Source of the DNA: an uncultured Acidobacteriota bacterium
Lineage (GTDB): Bacteria; Acidobacteriota; Terriglobia; Terriglobales; Acidobacteriaceae
Assembly (NCBI GenBank): GCA_963787685.1
Contig: CAWBED010000018.1
Span: 33,556 to 97,555 of the forward strand
Direction of reading: 5' to 3'
Length of the DNA: 64,000 nucleotides
The notes below the pieces were generated by a model. The model did no database searches and was not told the DNA's origin. It was given only the letters and a program-made list of their open reading frames with translations. A program made the translations under genes and the position numbers. The stretch's first letter is position 1. Every line of letters starts with the position of its first letter. Below, piece by piece: positions 36,389-45,001 of the stretch.

Positions 36389-37201
36389 ATGCGTAGATTC
36401 AGCGTACTGGTTTTGTTCGCTACTTGTGTCTTGGCTGCCGCGACCGCAGCCTTCGCTCAAGGCGACTATAAGGTGATCACCGTCGTCGATGGCGGCACGA
36501 TTTCCGGCAGCGTCAAATGGGCCGGGCCCGTGCCACACAATCTCGATTTTCCGATCACTAAGGATCCACAAGTCTGCGATCCTGATTCCAAGAAGACTGC
36601 TGACCTCGAACGCCTTGTCATCGGACCCAATGGCGGCGTAGCCAATACCGTCGTCTATCTCAAGAACATCAGCAGCGGCAAGGCCATGGACCTGCCTGAG
36701 CAACGCCGCCACCTCGATCAGAAGAGGTGCCGCTATATTCCGCACATTCTTTTGGTGCCCAAGGACGGAACGCTCAGCATGATGAGCTCCGACTCTACGC
36801 TGCATACCATCCACATGGATGGCGCAGCCACTTATAACTTGCCGTTTCCTTTCCCGGATCGCGTCACGTCGCGCACCATGCAGACACCCGGCCTGGTGAG
36901 TTTGCGCTGCAACGGCGGCCACGTCTGGATGAATGCCGAGATGTTTGTCGCTCCTCATCCTTATTACGCCGTCACCGACGAGACCGGACGCTTCCAGTTC
37001 ACCGAAGTTCCGCCCGGGACCTATCAGATCGTCGCCTGGCATGAAGGCTGGACTCTCGCCGGAAAAGCCAACACCTATGACGTGCTAACCGAACGCAGCG
37101 TTCAGCGCCCGATCTTCACGCAACCGAAGACCTGGGAAAAATCCGTAGCCGTTAGCGGCAACGGATCGGCCACAGTAGATTTCGTTCTGTCGAATAAATA
37201 A
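36389..37201 (+). CDS. Secreted hypothetical protein (cupredoxin-like plus carboxypeptidase-regulatory-like beta domains, tentative)
   Basis: Signal peptide MRRFSVLVLFATCVLAAATAAFA. The C-terminal YYAVTDETGRFQFTEVPPGTYQIVAWHEG is typical of CarboxypepD_reg-like beta-sandwiches. Confidence 0.6.
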   Translation: MRRFSVLVLFATCVLAAATAAFAQGDYKVITVVDGGTISGSVKWAGPVPHNLDFPITKDPQVCDPDSKKTADLERLVIGPNGGVANTVVYLKNISSGKAMDLPEQRRHLDQKRCRYIPHILLVPKDGTLSMMSSDSTLHTIHMDGAATYNLPFPFPDRVTSRTMQTPGLVSLRCNGGHVWMNAEMFVAPHPYYAVTDETGRFQFTEVPPGTYQIVAWHEGWTLAGKANTYDVLTERSVQRPIFTQPKTWEKSVAVSGNGSATVDFVLSNK

Positions 37202-37230
37202 CCAGATGCAGGGCGGGCAGTCTTAATTTG

Positions 37231-37290
37231 ACGATGTCATCTTTAACGATGTCATCCTGAGGAGGGCGCTAGCCCTCCGAGGGACCCCAC
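37231..37290. repeat. Short direct repeat plus GC hairpin between convergent genes
   Basis: ACGATGTCATC occurs twice (37231 and 37246), followed by GGAGGGC-GCTA-GCCCTCC at 37261-37278. Confidence 0.45.
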
Positions 37291-37370
37291 GAAGCTTGCC
37301 TCCACGATGCAGTCGACCAGACACAATCGCGGGCCATGCCGTGAATGAATCTCGTCCACCTCTTTACATG

Positions 37371-38678
37371 TCATCCCTTTTTCATGAGGGCCGCGCGAAT
37401 TCTCTGGCCCACAATTGCATCTTCCCCGGGCTGCAACATCCAGACCCCAACCACGAGCGTGTTGGCATCCGCCGGGATGCCTTGGTTGGGCTTTTGGCCG
37501 GTGTTCGGATTTAGTTCAATCGAAGGCGTCCCGGTGCGCAAAGCGTCGACGATCTGGCCCGTGGTGATACCAGTGACGGCCGGGTCGAAACGTATGAGCA
37601 GATGGGGAACATGATTGGCGATCCTGGGAACTACCGTTTCCGTCCTGACCGAGGGGATGCCCTTCATCGCGTTGGCGATCAGATCGACCCGCTTCTGGTA
37701 ATCGCCCTGCATCGACTCTTCCGTGTGCGTGAGAACCCAATCGACCGCCGCAACCATGCCCACAATCTGTTCCTTCGCTACTTTCATGCCGCGGCCGATT
37801 CCGTCTCCCGGGTTATTGTTCGCGTGGGCGAGGTCCGTTAGGACCTTGCGGCCCAGTAGCAGGCCCGCATTTTGTGGACCGCGCATTCCCTTGCCCCCGG
37901 AAAAAGCTACGAGGTCGAAACCCATGCCCGTGTACTTCCATAGATTCGAAATCGGAGGCATGTCTGCGGCTGCATCAAGGTGGCACGGAATCTTGTACTC
38001 GTGCGCCACCTGCAGCCACTCTTCCCGGCCGATCTGTGCGCTGGCTGCGATTCCATCCTCGTCCTCCGCAGCGTTGAAAAAATTCGTCATCACCGCATTG
38101 CCTGCGCCGCACGCGCGCTTGTAGTCGTCGAGCGTGACCACCTCGGTTACCCGCGCCCCGCAGAGATACATGGCGCGATCGTACTCGTAGCGGTGCGCAC
38201 GCTGCACGATGACCTGGTTCTTCTTGCCGTCAATCGCCTGCGGCATGTCTACAATGTTGATGTTGTTAGCATGCTGCAGACAAGCCGCAGTCGCCAGGCT
38301 GATCGCTCCTGAAGCTCCCGAAGTTACGACCGCGCCTTCGCACTCGAGGCGACGCGCGATGTACTCGCCCGCCTTCTGCTGCAGTTCGTGCAAACGCACT
38401 GGATGGAGCGCAGCTTTCTGCACCGCCGCCAAAACCTCCGGAGGCATGCATGCTGCCGTCAGCGTTGTGTACGTGCCCGCGGCGTTGATGATCGGCGTGA
38501 CGCCGAGCTTTTCGTAGTAGTCCTCACCATCGGAAGATGCTGTGGGCGAAGAAGACGACAGAGTCTTGGCGGAGGAAAATAGAGGCGACGCGCCCAGAGA
38601 CACCGCCAGCGAACTGGTCCAGCGAAAGAAGCGGCGACGGGAAAGAAAGCCTGCTTGCGATTTAGTCGAGAATGACAT
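37371..38678 (-). CDS. Twin-arginine-signal SelA/DgaE-like PLP-dependent enzyme
   Basis: Tat-type N-terminus (SRRRFFRWTSSLAVSLGA). YYEKLGVTPIINAAGTYTTL, VVTSGASGAISLA and FSGGKGMRGPQNAGLLLG (Lys in the SelA-family position). ATG at 38678 chosen. Confidence 0.75.
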   Translation of the reverse strand: MSFSTKSQAGFLSRRRFFRWTSSLAVSLGASPLFSSAKTLSSSSPTASSDGEDYYEKLGVTPIINAAGTYTTLTAACMPPEVLAAVQKAALHPVRLHELQQKAGEYIARRLECEGAVVTSGASGAISLATAACLQHANNINIVDMPQAIDGKKNQVIVQRAHRYEYDRAMYLCGARVTEVVTLDDYKRACGAGNAVMTNFFNAAEDEDGIAASAQIGREEWLQVAHEYKIPCHLDAAADMPPISNLWKYTGMGFDLVAFSGGKGMRGPQNAGLLLGRKVLTDLAHANNNPGDGIGRGMKVAKEQIVGMVAAVDWVLTHTEESMQGDYQKRVDLIANAMKGIPSVRTETVVPRIANHVPHLLIRFDPAVTGITTGQIVDALRTGTPSIELNPNTGQKPNQGIPADANTLVVGVWMLQPGEDAIVGQRIRAALMKKG

Positions 38679-39055
38679 GGTGGTCGCTCCTTGTGTCCGG
38701 AACTTGCGTACGGAAATATGTATACCGCGCATGGCCGCGCCGCTCCAATAAGGGACTTGTGGCTGCGGGGAAATCAATGAGTCGCGGTTTTGCGTGCGCG
38801 ACCGAATCCTAAGGGATTACACGGGACTGGTCAAAAGCCGTCCACCTTGTCCGGACGTGCTAGGTGTCCGCAAGGTTGATTGGGAATTCCATCGTTTCGA
38901 ACTGAACGAAGAAGGGCAACGGCTTCGCGATAAAGGAAACATCGACCTCGTGAGGCAACTAGCAGGACACTAGCCTTTCCCGCGCAGTCGCGTAAGATTT
39001 TGAGGAACCCTTCGATCATCAATATCCAGCTTTAACCGTTCGAGGTTGAGAGAGC

Positions 39056-41761
39056 TTGGAGAAAAGACCCGACCAGCAAACTCGCGCCGAATCCAAAGCG
39101 CAGCTCGTTGAGCAGATCAACAGCTGTCTGCATTCGGGCGAGTACTCTCGCGCCCTGGATTTGTTGCGAGGCAAAGCTGCCGAATTCTCCAATGATGCCG
39201 AGCTGTCCGACCTGGAAAAGCGCGCTCAGGATGGCGTCAAGCGCAAAGCCGAAGCTGACCGTCTGATCACGGAAAGCCAGGAGCTTTTCGCTCAGCAAAA
39301 ATCTGCCGAAGCCATCCAGTTGTTGCGCAAAGCCTACGAACTGGATAAGCGCAATTCTCTCGCCCGCGCCATTCTGGCCAATGCGCTCGTGGAGCACGCG
39401 CAGTCCATTCTTGAAACCGACTGGCTGGGAGCCGAGACGCTTACCAATCAAGCGCTCGCTTTGAATCCAGCGCATCCCACGGCCAAAACAGTCCAGAGCC
39501 GGATTGTGGAACAGAAACAAAACAGTTCTGCGGAGGATTGGGTTGCACAAGCGCGCAAGCTGCAGTCCTCCGGCGATCTGTTCGCGGCGTTGGCGTGGGT
39601 TGCAGAGGGAATGGCCGTTCATCCCGACGATCCCAAGTTGCTTCAGATTCAGGATGCAATCCAGCGCGACCAGGGAGCTCGGCGGCGCCAAGCTCGCCGC
39701 GGCGACGTGGAAGACCTGCGGCGCATGGAGCTTGAAATCGATGGAGTCTCGGACGTTGCCGCGAAACAAGCCCTAGCTGCACGCATACAAGCACTAGCCG
39801 CTAAGCATTGGACGGATGGAGAAATCCTGTCCATCGCCAATGGCCTTCTGAACCGACTGGGGTTGGCTCCGCAAGAGGGTTCAACCAAATCACCGCAGGG
39901 CAAGGGCGCAACCGTGATTTTTCACGTCCCGCGCTCCACCGCTCCGAAGCCTGCAGCAGTCGATAGCAGCCCAGTCCCCGAGGCCTCGTCTTTGCCGAGC
40001 CCGACACCGCCGGTTCAGGCTTCGCCAATTCCGGCTCCGCCCCCAGCCGAGAAAGCGCCGGCTATCATTGTGCCGCCGAGCAGGGTCCCGACAAGCAAAG
40101 TGCCGCAGCCCAGCATTCTGCGGCCGCCGAAAGTCGCGGCAACTTCGGCAGAGGCACAACTTCCTCCGGCGCTGGTCGTCACAATGCCGCCCGCCGCACC
40201 TTCCGCAGCGGCGGCCAAAGTAGCATCGCCGTCATCCCAGCCCAGGCAGAGTAAGAGTTCGCACGCCTCAACGCTGATCCTCGTCGCGGTCGCCGCGATC
40301 ATCCTGGTTGCAGCGACCTTCTTCTTCACGCGAAGACATTACGCTTCGCCAGTCGCGAAGACGCCGTCCACTGCTCCCGCTGTTTCTGCCCCGGCAGTGT
40401 CAGGGCCTGCGGTCTCTGCTCCCAACGTTTCCACTCCGGCCGCCTCAGCGCCCCCGCAATCAACTCCAGAACCGTCTGCGCCTGCTATAGCTATTTCTTC
40501 CGATACCGCGGCCGGAAAAGTCACTGCCGGTGATCAGCCGCCCGCCGACTCCGGTCACGTAGAAGCCGGTCGCAATGCAGGCACTCTCCTTGTCGTTGCA
40601 GGTCAAGACGACGCCAAAGTTTTTCTCGACGGAAAACTTCAACCGCAGCTCACTCGAGGCGGCCAGTTGAGCTTGCCGAATCTCGAGCTCAAGGATTACG
40701 TTGTACAAGTCTCCAAGAACGGCTTTCAGGATCCTCCCCAACAAAAGATCACCGTCCGCAAGGGTGAACACGCCAAACTGATCTTCAGCCTGCAACCGCA
40801 ACCTCGCCCAAACTCCCAACCGCAGCCTCGCATGGCCACACTGACCATCCAGGGTGGCGCTCCCGGAACTGGGGTTCTTGTCGATCAAACTCCCGTCGGC
40901 ACAATTCAGCCCGATGGCACGTTGTCCGTCGCCACCCTCAATCCCGGAGACCATACGGTCGAACTGCGTAAAGATCGATTCAAGCCCAGGCAATTCACGA
41001 AACACTTCACCGCGGGCGGAACGGTATCTCTCGCGGCGGCGGATGCTGCGCTCGAAGCGGCTCCCGGCGAATTGAAAATTACCTTCACGCCGGCTGACGC
41101 CACAGTCGCACTCGTGAAAGGTGACCTTTTGAAAATGGTGAGCAGCGGCGTGCCGCTCAATCTTCCTTCCGGTACTTACACCCTGACAGCGCGAACCGCC
41201 GAAAGATTCACGCGCACGTCGACCTTCGAAGTCGTAGCCGGCCAATCCAAGACTTTGGATTTATCTCTCGCCCCGAGCGGTATGTCGAAGTGGGACGACC
41301 CGGGCGCCTGGAAGCATGAGGGAGATGCATTCATTCGTAAAGGCGGGGACTTCGTTTTATATGGGGCCGCTCCTACCTCGGGCACATTTGTTTTTTCCGC
41401 GATGCCCACTAAGGGTCACGTCTTGCAATGGGTGCTCAACTACAGCGACTCAAAAAACTACGTTCTCTTCCAAATGGACGATAACAACTTTTCCCGCGCG
41501 GTCGTTCGCAACGGGCAGAAAACGGATGAGATCAAAGTTCCCGATAAAAGCGACAAGAAAAGCTTTCGGATGCTTCAAATCCGCGTGAGCCCTGCGGAGA
41601 TCGTCCACCAGATCAAGCACGGGAACAATTGGACTGTCTTGGATCACTGGGCACAGCCCGGCGCCAATCTCAGCTCGGGCAAATTTGGTTTCTATCTGCC
41701 CGGCAACGACGAAGTAGCGATCTCCAGCTTCGCGCACTACGCCGACTTGAACATTCACTAG
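39056..41761 (+). CDS. Large multidomain protein: TPR-like N-terminus, Pro/Ala/Ser-rich linker, one TM helix, PEGA-like beta domains, C-terminal LamG/DUF1080-like domain
   Basis: 901 aa. TM helix at LILVAVAAIILVAATFFF. Repeated blocks such as LLVVAGQDDAKVFLDGKL and GDHTVELRKDRFKP resemble PEGA. The C-terminus has KFGFYLPGNDEVAISSF. Confidence 0.7.
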   Translation: MEKRPDQQTRAESKAQLVEQINSCLHSGEYSRALDLLRGKAAEFSNDAELSDLEKRAQDGVKRKAEADRLITESQELFAQQKSAEAIQLLRKAYELDKRNSLARAILANALVEHAQSILETDWLGAETLTNQALALNPAHPTAKTVQSRIVEQKQNSSAEDWVAQARKLQSSGDLFAALAWVAEGMAVHPDDPKLLQIQDAIQRDQGARRRQARRGDVEDLRRMELEIDGVSDVAAKQALAARIQALAAKHWTDGEILSIANGLLNRLGLAPQEGSTKSPQGKGATVIFHVPRSTAPKPAAVDSSPVPEASSLPSPTPPVQASPIPAPPPAEKAPAIIVPPSRVPTSKVPQPSILRPPKVAATSAEAQLPPALVVTMPPAAPSAAAAKVASPSSQPRQSKSSHASTLILVAVAAIILVAATFFFTRRHYASPVAKTPSTAPAVSAPAVSGPAVSAPNVSTPAASAPPQSTPEPSAPAIAISSDTAAGKVTAGDQPPADSGHVEAGRNAGTLLVVAGQDDAKVFLDGKLQPQLTRGGQLSLPNLELKDYVVQVSKNGFQDPPQQKITVRKGEHAKLIFSLQPQPRPNSQPQPRMATLTIQGGAPGTGVLVDQTPVGTIQPDGTLSVATLNPGDHTVELRKDRFKPRQFTKHFTAGGTVSLAAADAALEAAPGELKITFTPADATVALVKGDLLKMVSSGVPLNLPSGTYTLTARTAERFTRTSTFEVVAGQSKTLDLSLAPSGMSKWDDPGAWKHEGDAFIRKGGDFVLYGAAPTSGTFVFSAMPTKGHVLQWVLNYSDSKNYVLFQMDDNNFSRAVVRNGQKTDEIKVPDKSDKKSFRMLQIRVSPAEIVHQIKHGNNWTVLDHWAQPGANLSSGKFGFYLPGNDEVAISSFAHYADLNIH

Positions 41762-41961
41762 CAGCCTGGCGCAGGCCTTCCACGATCATCGCCGAATTGC
41801 GAACCACAAGCTTGGTTTCAGAGGTCGCGATATGCAGATTGTTTCATCTTGACCGACGATGTGGAAGGTCTAGACTCCCGAGCCATTGGAGTCGACGATG
41901 CCGCAGATGAGCAGGTTCCGCGAAGCACTCGAAGATGCCTGCAAAGCTGTAAGAGATCGTT

Positions 41962-42312
41962 TTGCTGAGGAAATACTATGATCCCGCCGGGCAAGCGCAG
42001 GATGAACCGCGATTGCGGGGAATGGGAAAGTGGAGGTTCATTCTTTTCAGAGGCATCGTTGGATTCAGCGTGCCGATGTTTCTATTTCTCGCATTGTCCG
42101 ATCTCTCAGAAAATATCCAAATGACTCACGCTTTCCACCACCCTATGGTGCGATATCTTCTCGGCCACTGGTTGGCGGGATTCTGCATGAGCGCGTCAGT
42201 TGGTTTCGTGGTTGGCCTGCTTGCATGGCGGCGAATTGTGTCGGACGTGTGGCCGGGTGCCCAACCCGACCCTGAGTCCTGTACCATCACCTTAGGGCTC
42301 AGTCGCCGATAA
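41962..42312 (+). CDS. Hypothetical small membrane protein
   Basis: Two or three hydrophobic helices. The start may be the internal MGKWRF. Confidence 0.4.
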   Translation: MLRKYYDPAGQAQDEPRLRGMGKWRFILFRGIVGFSVPMFLFLALSDLSENIQMTHAFHHPMVRYLLGHWLAGFCMSASVGFVVGLLAWRRIVSDVWPGAQPDPESCTITLGLSRR

Positions 42313-42534
42313 CAACGAGAGGGCTGCCCAGTCGGGGGCTAACTTCTTAGTTAGCAATATTTTACCGATAACTTGCTTATTTTCAATATTTTGCGAGCTT
42401 TTCCTCGTGCCTCGTCTTCCTAACTCGTTAAGAATCAATATTTTGCTTCGGATGGCCGAAAAATCATTTCGCCCCACGCTGCGTCGAATCGTAGCCCTCG
42501 GGCGTTCAACTGCGCCGCGGAAACTTGATCCTGC

Positions 42535-43299
42535 GTGGCTGTGTGTAGAATGACAACTGGCATGTCACAGGCAGCCCCAGCCATCACACGGAGCCCGGCG
42601 GAGGTCGTCCGGCTCACACCTGTTTCACAAGCGCCCAACGGAATCTGTTACGCCGTCGCGGGAGAAGTTGCCGTCAACTCGTTTGATCTGGAGCGGATGG
42701 TTGCCGCTGTTCCTACGCCGGTCGCCGCGGCGCTTGCTCGTAAAGCCTATTACTTCGTTCCTCTGACCGTCAGCCACGGCGACGAAACCGTCATTGCCGA
42801 TCGCTATGACGTCGCGCTCAGCGACAACGCGGTCTGCCACCGCAATCTCAACCTCGGTGATTCGCAATGCGTTTTCATCTCGACGCGCTTGATGGACGAC
42901 AAGTTTTCCGTGGCCTTTGAGTTCTATATCAATGTCGGGCATGCACTGGTAGAGCGTGCCGGCGTTTCGAGCGCGTTCAGCGAAATCGCATGGCGCCAAG
43001 TCGAGGCGGGAATCAAAGGCGAAACTTCGCTCGATGCGTGGGAGTCGCGCAAACTCGCTACCGCCAACGGGCCCGACGCCGAGCGCTATAAGACCGAATA
43101 CCTCGAAGCGACTTTTTCCGACACCATTTCGATCTATCTGCTTTCGCTTTATCTCGACGTCGACTATTACGATTTGCGCGAGCGCGATTACCCGCTGCTC
43201 GCTCCGTCTGCGCTCGCCGAGCGTTTGCGCAAGGTGGCGGAATTGTTTCCGCCCAACGCCGGATTCGAGTTCGCGATTCTCTACAAGCGCCGTGGCTGA
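42535..43299 (+). CDS. Hypothetical soluble protein, no motif recognised
   Basis: 254 aa ORF with protein-like composition. Preceded by a 220-bp AT-rich regulatory-looking region. Confidence 0.55.
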   Translation: MAVCRMTTGMSQAAPAITRSPAEVVRLTPVSQAPNGICYAVAGEVAVNSFDLERMVAAVPTPVAAALARKAYYFVPLTVSHGDETVIADRYDVALSDNAVCHRNLNLGDSQCVFISTRLMDDKFSVAFEFYINVGHALVERAGVSSAFSEIAWRQVEAGIKGETSLDAWESRKLATANGPDAERYKTEYLEATFSDTISIYLLSLYLDVDYYDLRERDYPLLAPSALAERLRKVAELFPPNAGFEFAILYKRRG

Positions 43300-43321
43300 A
43301 GCTTCAAGAAACGATCATCGT

Positions 43322-43618
43322 GTGACAGCGGTTCATTCCCGCTCTCCGCGCTGGTATAGCGTGCCCGCGCGAGTCTTCGTTCTCACCTTCATCGGCACGC
43401 TGTTGACGTTCTCCATTACGCTGTTCTTCGCGATCTTCGGCACCGTTATTCTCGCCGCGTTACACGGAGTGCATCCTGACATGCGCGTCGCGTATCGTCA
43501 CGTCGCGCTGCCGGTTGCGCTCGTCGCCGGCGGCATCATCTTTGTTCTTGTTGTGATCAATGAGATCCGTCACTACCGCCAGTCCAAAACTCTGACCGCG
43601 ATCGAGAGGATGAACTAG
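43322..43618 (+). CDS. Hypothetical small membrane protein
   Basis: GTG 43322, in frame with the tail of ORF 42956..43618. Two TM helices (VFVLTFIGTLLTFSITLFFAIFGTVILAAL and LPVALVAGGIIFVLVVI). Its stop overlaps the next gene's GTG start. Confidence 0.4.
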   Translation: MTAVHSRSPRWYSVPARVFVLTFIGTLLTFSITLFFAIFGTVILAALHGVHPDMRVAYRHVALPVALVAGGIIFVLVVINEIRHYRQSKTLTAIERMN

Positions 43619-44523
43619 TGGCGCCGCCTCGGATCGCGATCCCGATGCCGCACTCCACCGATCGCGAATATGGCGATCGCGCCATCCCGCAGTACGAACG
43701 CGCCGTTGCGATGGCTGGTGGCGAGCCAGTGCGCGTCGCGCTCGATCAGTCCGATGCCGCGGTGATGGAATTGATCGAGCGTTGCGATGGCGTGCTGTTG
43801 CCGGGAAGCAATGCCGACGTCGATCCCGCGCGCTTCCACCAATTTCGGTCGCCGCACACCGCCAAAGCCGATCCACGCCGTGATGAAGTCGACGACCTTT
43901 TGCTCGAAGATGCCTATGTGCGACGCAAACCCGTGCTCGGCATCTGTTACGGTTTGCAGAGCCTGAACGTGTTTCGCAAGGGATCGCTAATCCAGCACAT
44001 TCCGGATTTCTTGCCCGAGGCCACGCGCGCGAAAGTGAATCACGAAGCGGGAAAGAAAGTTGCGGTCGCGCACACAGTGACGATCGAGCCAGCGACGACT
44101 TTGGCGACGATCATATGTGGCGACGGCCGCCTCGGCCATCCAAGCGAAGGCGAAGCCGAGCGCCAGAAATCCGACTTAACTCGGGAAGGCAACGGCCTAG
44201 TCGTGCCGGTGAACTCGTCGCATCACCAATCTGCGGACGCGGTGGGCGAGGGGCTTCGCATCGTGGCCCGCTGCGCCGAAGACGGCATCATCGAAGCGCT
44301 GGAAGGAACTTCGCCCGATCATTTTGTGCTGGCGGTGCAGTGGCATCCGGAAAGATCGGTGGAAGACGACGCCGCATCGCGAGCGATCTTCAGCCGCTCT
44401 GATCGAGCAAGCGCGGACGCGCAGGTAAAGAATAGCCGAGCTTCGCTCGGCGGACAGCCGATGGCGGCTGTCCCCACACACTTCTTTAACTCTTCTATCT
44501 CTTCCTTTTTTGCTTTCGAGTAA
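43618..44523 (+). CDS. Class I glutamine amidotransferase, gamma-glutamyl-GABA hydrolase (PuuD / peptidase C26)-like
   Basis: GVLLPGSNADVDP, LGICYGLQSLNV (nucleophile Cys) and VQWHPE motifs. The last roughly 40 codons look like read-through into a repeat; see findings. Confidence 0.85.
   Translation: MAPPRIAIPMPHSTDREYGDRAIPQYERAVAMAGGEPVRVALDQSDAAVMELIERCDGVLLPGSNADVDPARFHQFRSPHTAKADPRRDEVDDLLLEDAYVRRKPVLGICYGLQSLNVFRKGSLIQHIPDFLPEATRAKVNHEAGKKVAVAHTVTIEPATTLATIICGDGRLGHPSEGEAERQKSDLTREGNGLVVPVNSSHHQSADAVGEGLRIVARCAEDGIIEALEGTSPDHFVLAVQWHPERSVEDDAASRAIFSRSDRASADAQVKNSRASLGGQPMAAVPTHFFNSSISSFFAFE
44434..44477. repeat. Two-hairpin dispersed repeat, copy B (inverted orientation, between the amidotransferase gene and ispF)
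   Basis: The reverse complement reads GTGGGGACAGCCGCCATCGGCTGTCCGCCGAGCGAAGCTCGGCT. Its second hairpin is GCCGAGC-GAA-GCTCGGC. Confidence 0.8.
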
Positions 44524-45001
44524 TTTTCTTCGCCGGTTTCACGGCTTCCAGCAGCACGACAACGTGCGCGATGGCGGCGTTATCCAGATTCAGGCCTTCA
44601 GGAGTCTTGGCCTTCAATCCGACGCAATCTGGGCGGATGTCGAGTAGCCCTGCTACGCGAGCGCGAATCTCCGCGGCATGGGGACCAATTTTCGGCGCGG
44701 CGAGAATCAAGCTGGCATCGATGTTGGCAACGGAGTATCCGCCTTCACGAACGCGCTTCAAAGCCTCGCGCAAGAAGACGGCCGAATCTGCACCCTTCCA
44801 CTTCGGATCAGACGGCGGGAATAAGGCACCGATATCCGGCGCGGCCATCGCTCCAAGGAGCGCGTCAGTGATGGCGTGCAGCAGCACATCGCCATCGGAA
44901 TGCCCCCCGAGCCCTTTGTTGTGGGCAAGCATGATCCCGCCGATTTTCAGCGGAATCCCAGTGTGGAATTCGTGAGAGTCAAAGCCGTAGCCGATTCTCA
45001 T
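44495..45001 (-). CDS. ispF: 2-C-methyl-D-erythritol 2,4-cyclodiphosphate synthase
   Basis: MRIGYGFDSHEF...GHSDGDVLLHAITDALLGA. Basic C-terminal tail KKITRKQKRKR. Confidence 0.93.
   Translation of the reverse strand: MRIGYGFDSHEFHTGIPLKIGGIMLAHNKGLGGHSDGDVLLHAITDALLGAMAAPDIGALFPPSDPKWKGADSAVFLREALKRVREGGYSVANIDASLILAAPKIGPHAAEIRARVAGLLDIRPDCVGLKAKTPEGLNLDNAAIAHVVVLLEAVKPAKKITRKQKRKR

Noticed and set aside
36146-37042. 298-aa minus-strand ORF overlapping the 36389-37201 gene
   Set aside because: The plus-strand ORF has a clean signal peptide and beta-sandwich-like sequence. The minus-strand product is Arg/His/Gly-rich with no features, so only one can be real.
42956-43321. N-terminal two thirds of ORF 42956-43618 (220 aa)
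   Set aside because: It overlaps the better 42535-43299 ORF in another frame and is Arg/Ser-rich. Only the C-terminal two-TM part from GTG 43322 is kept.
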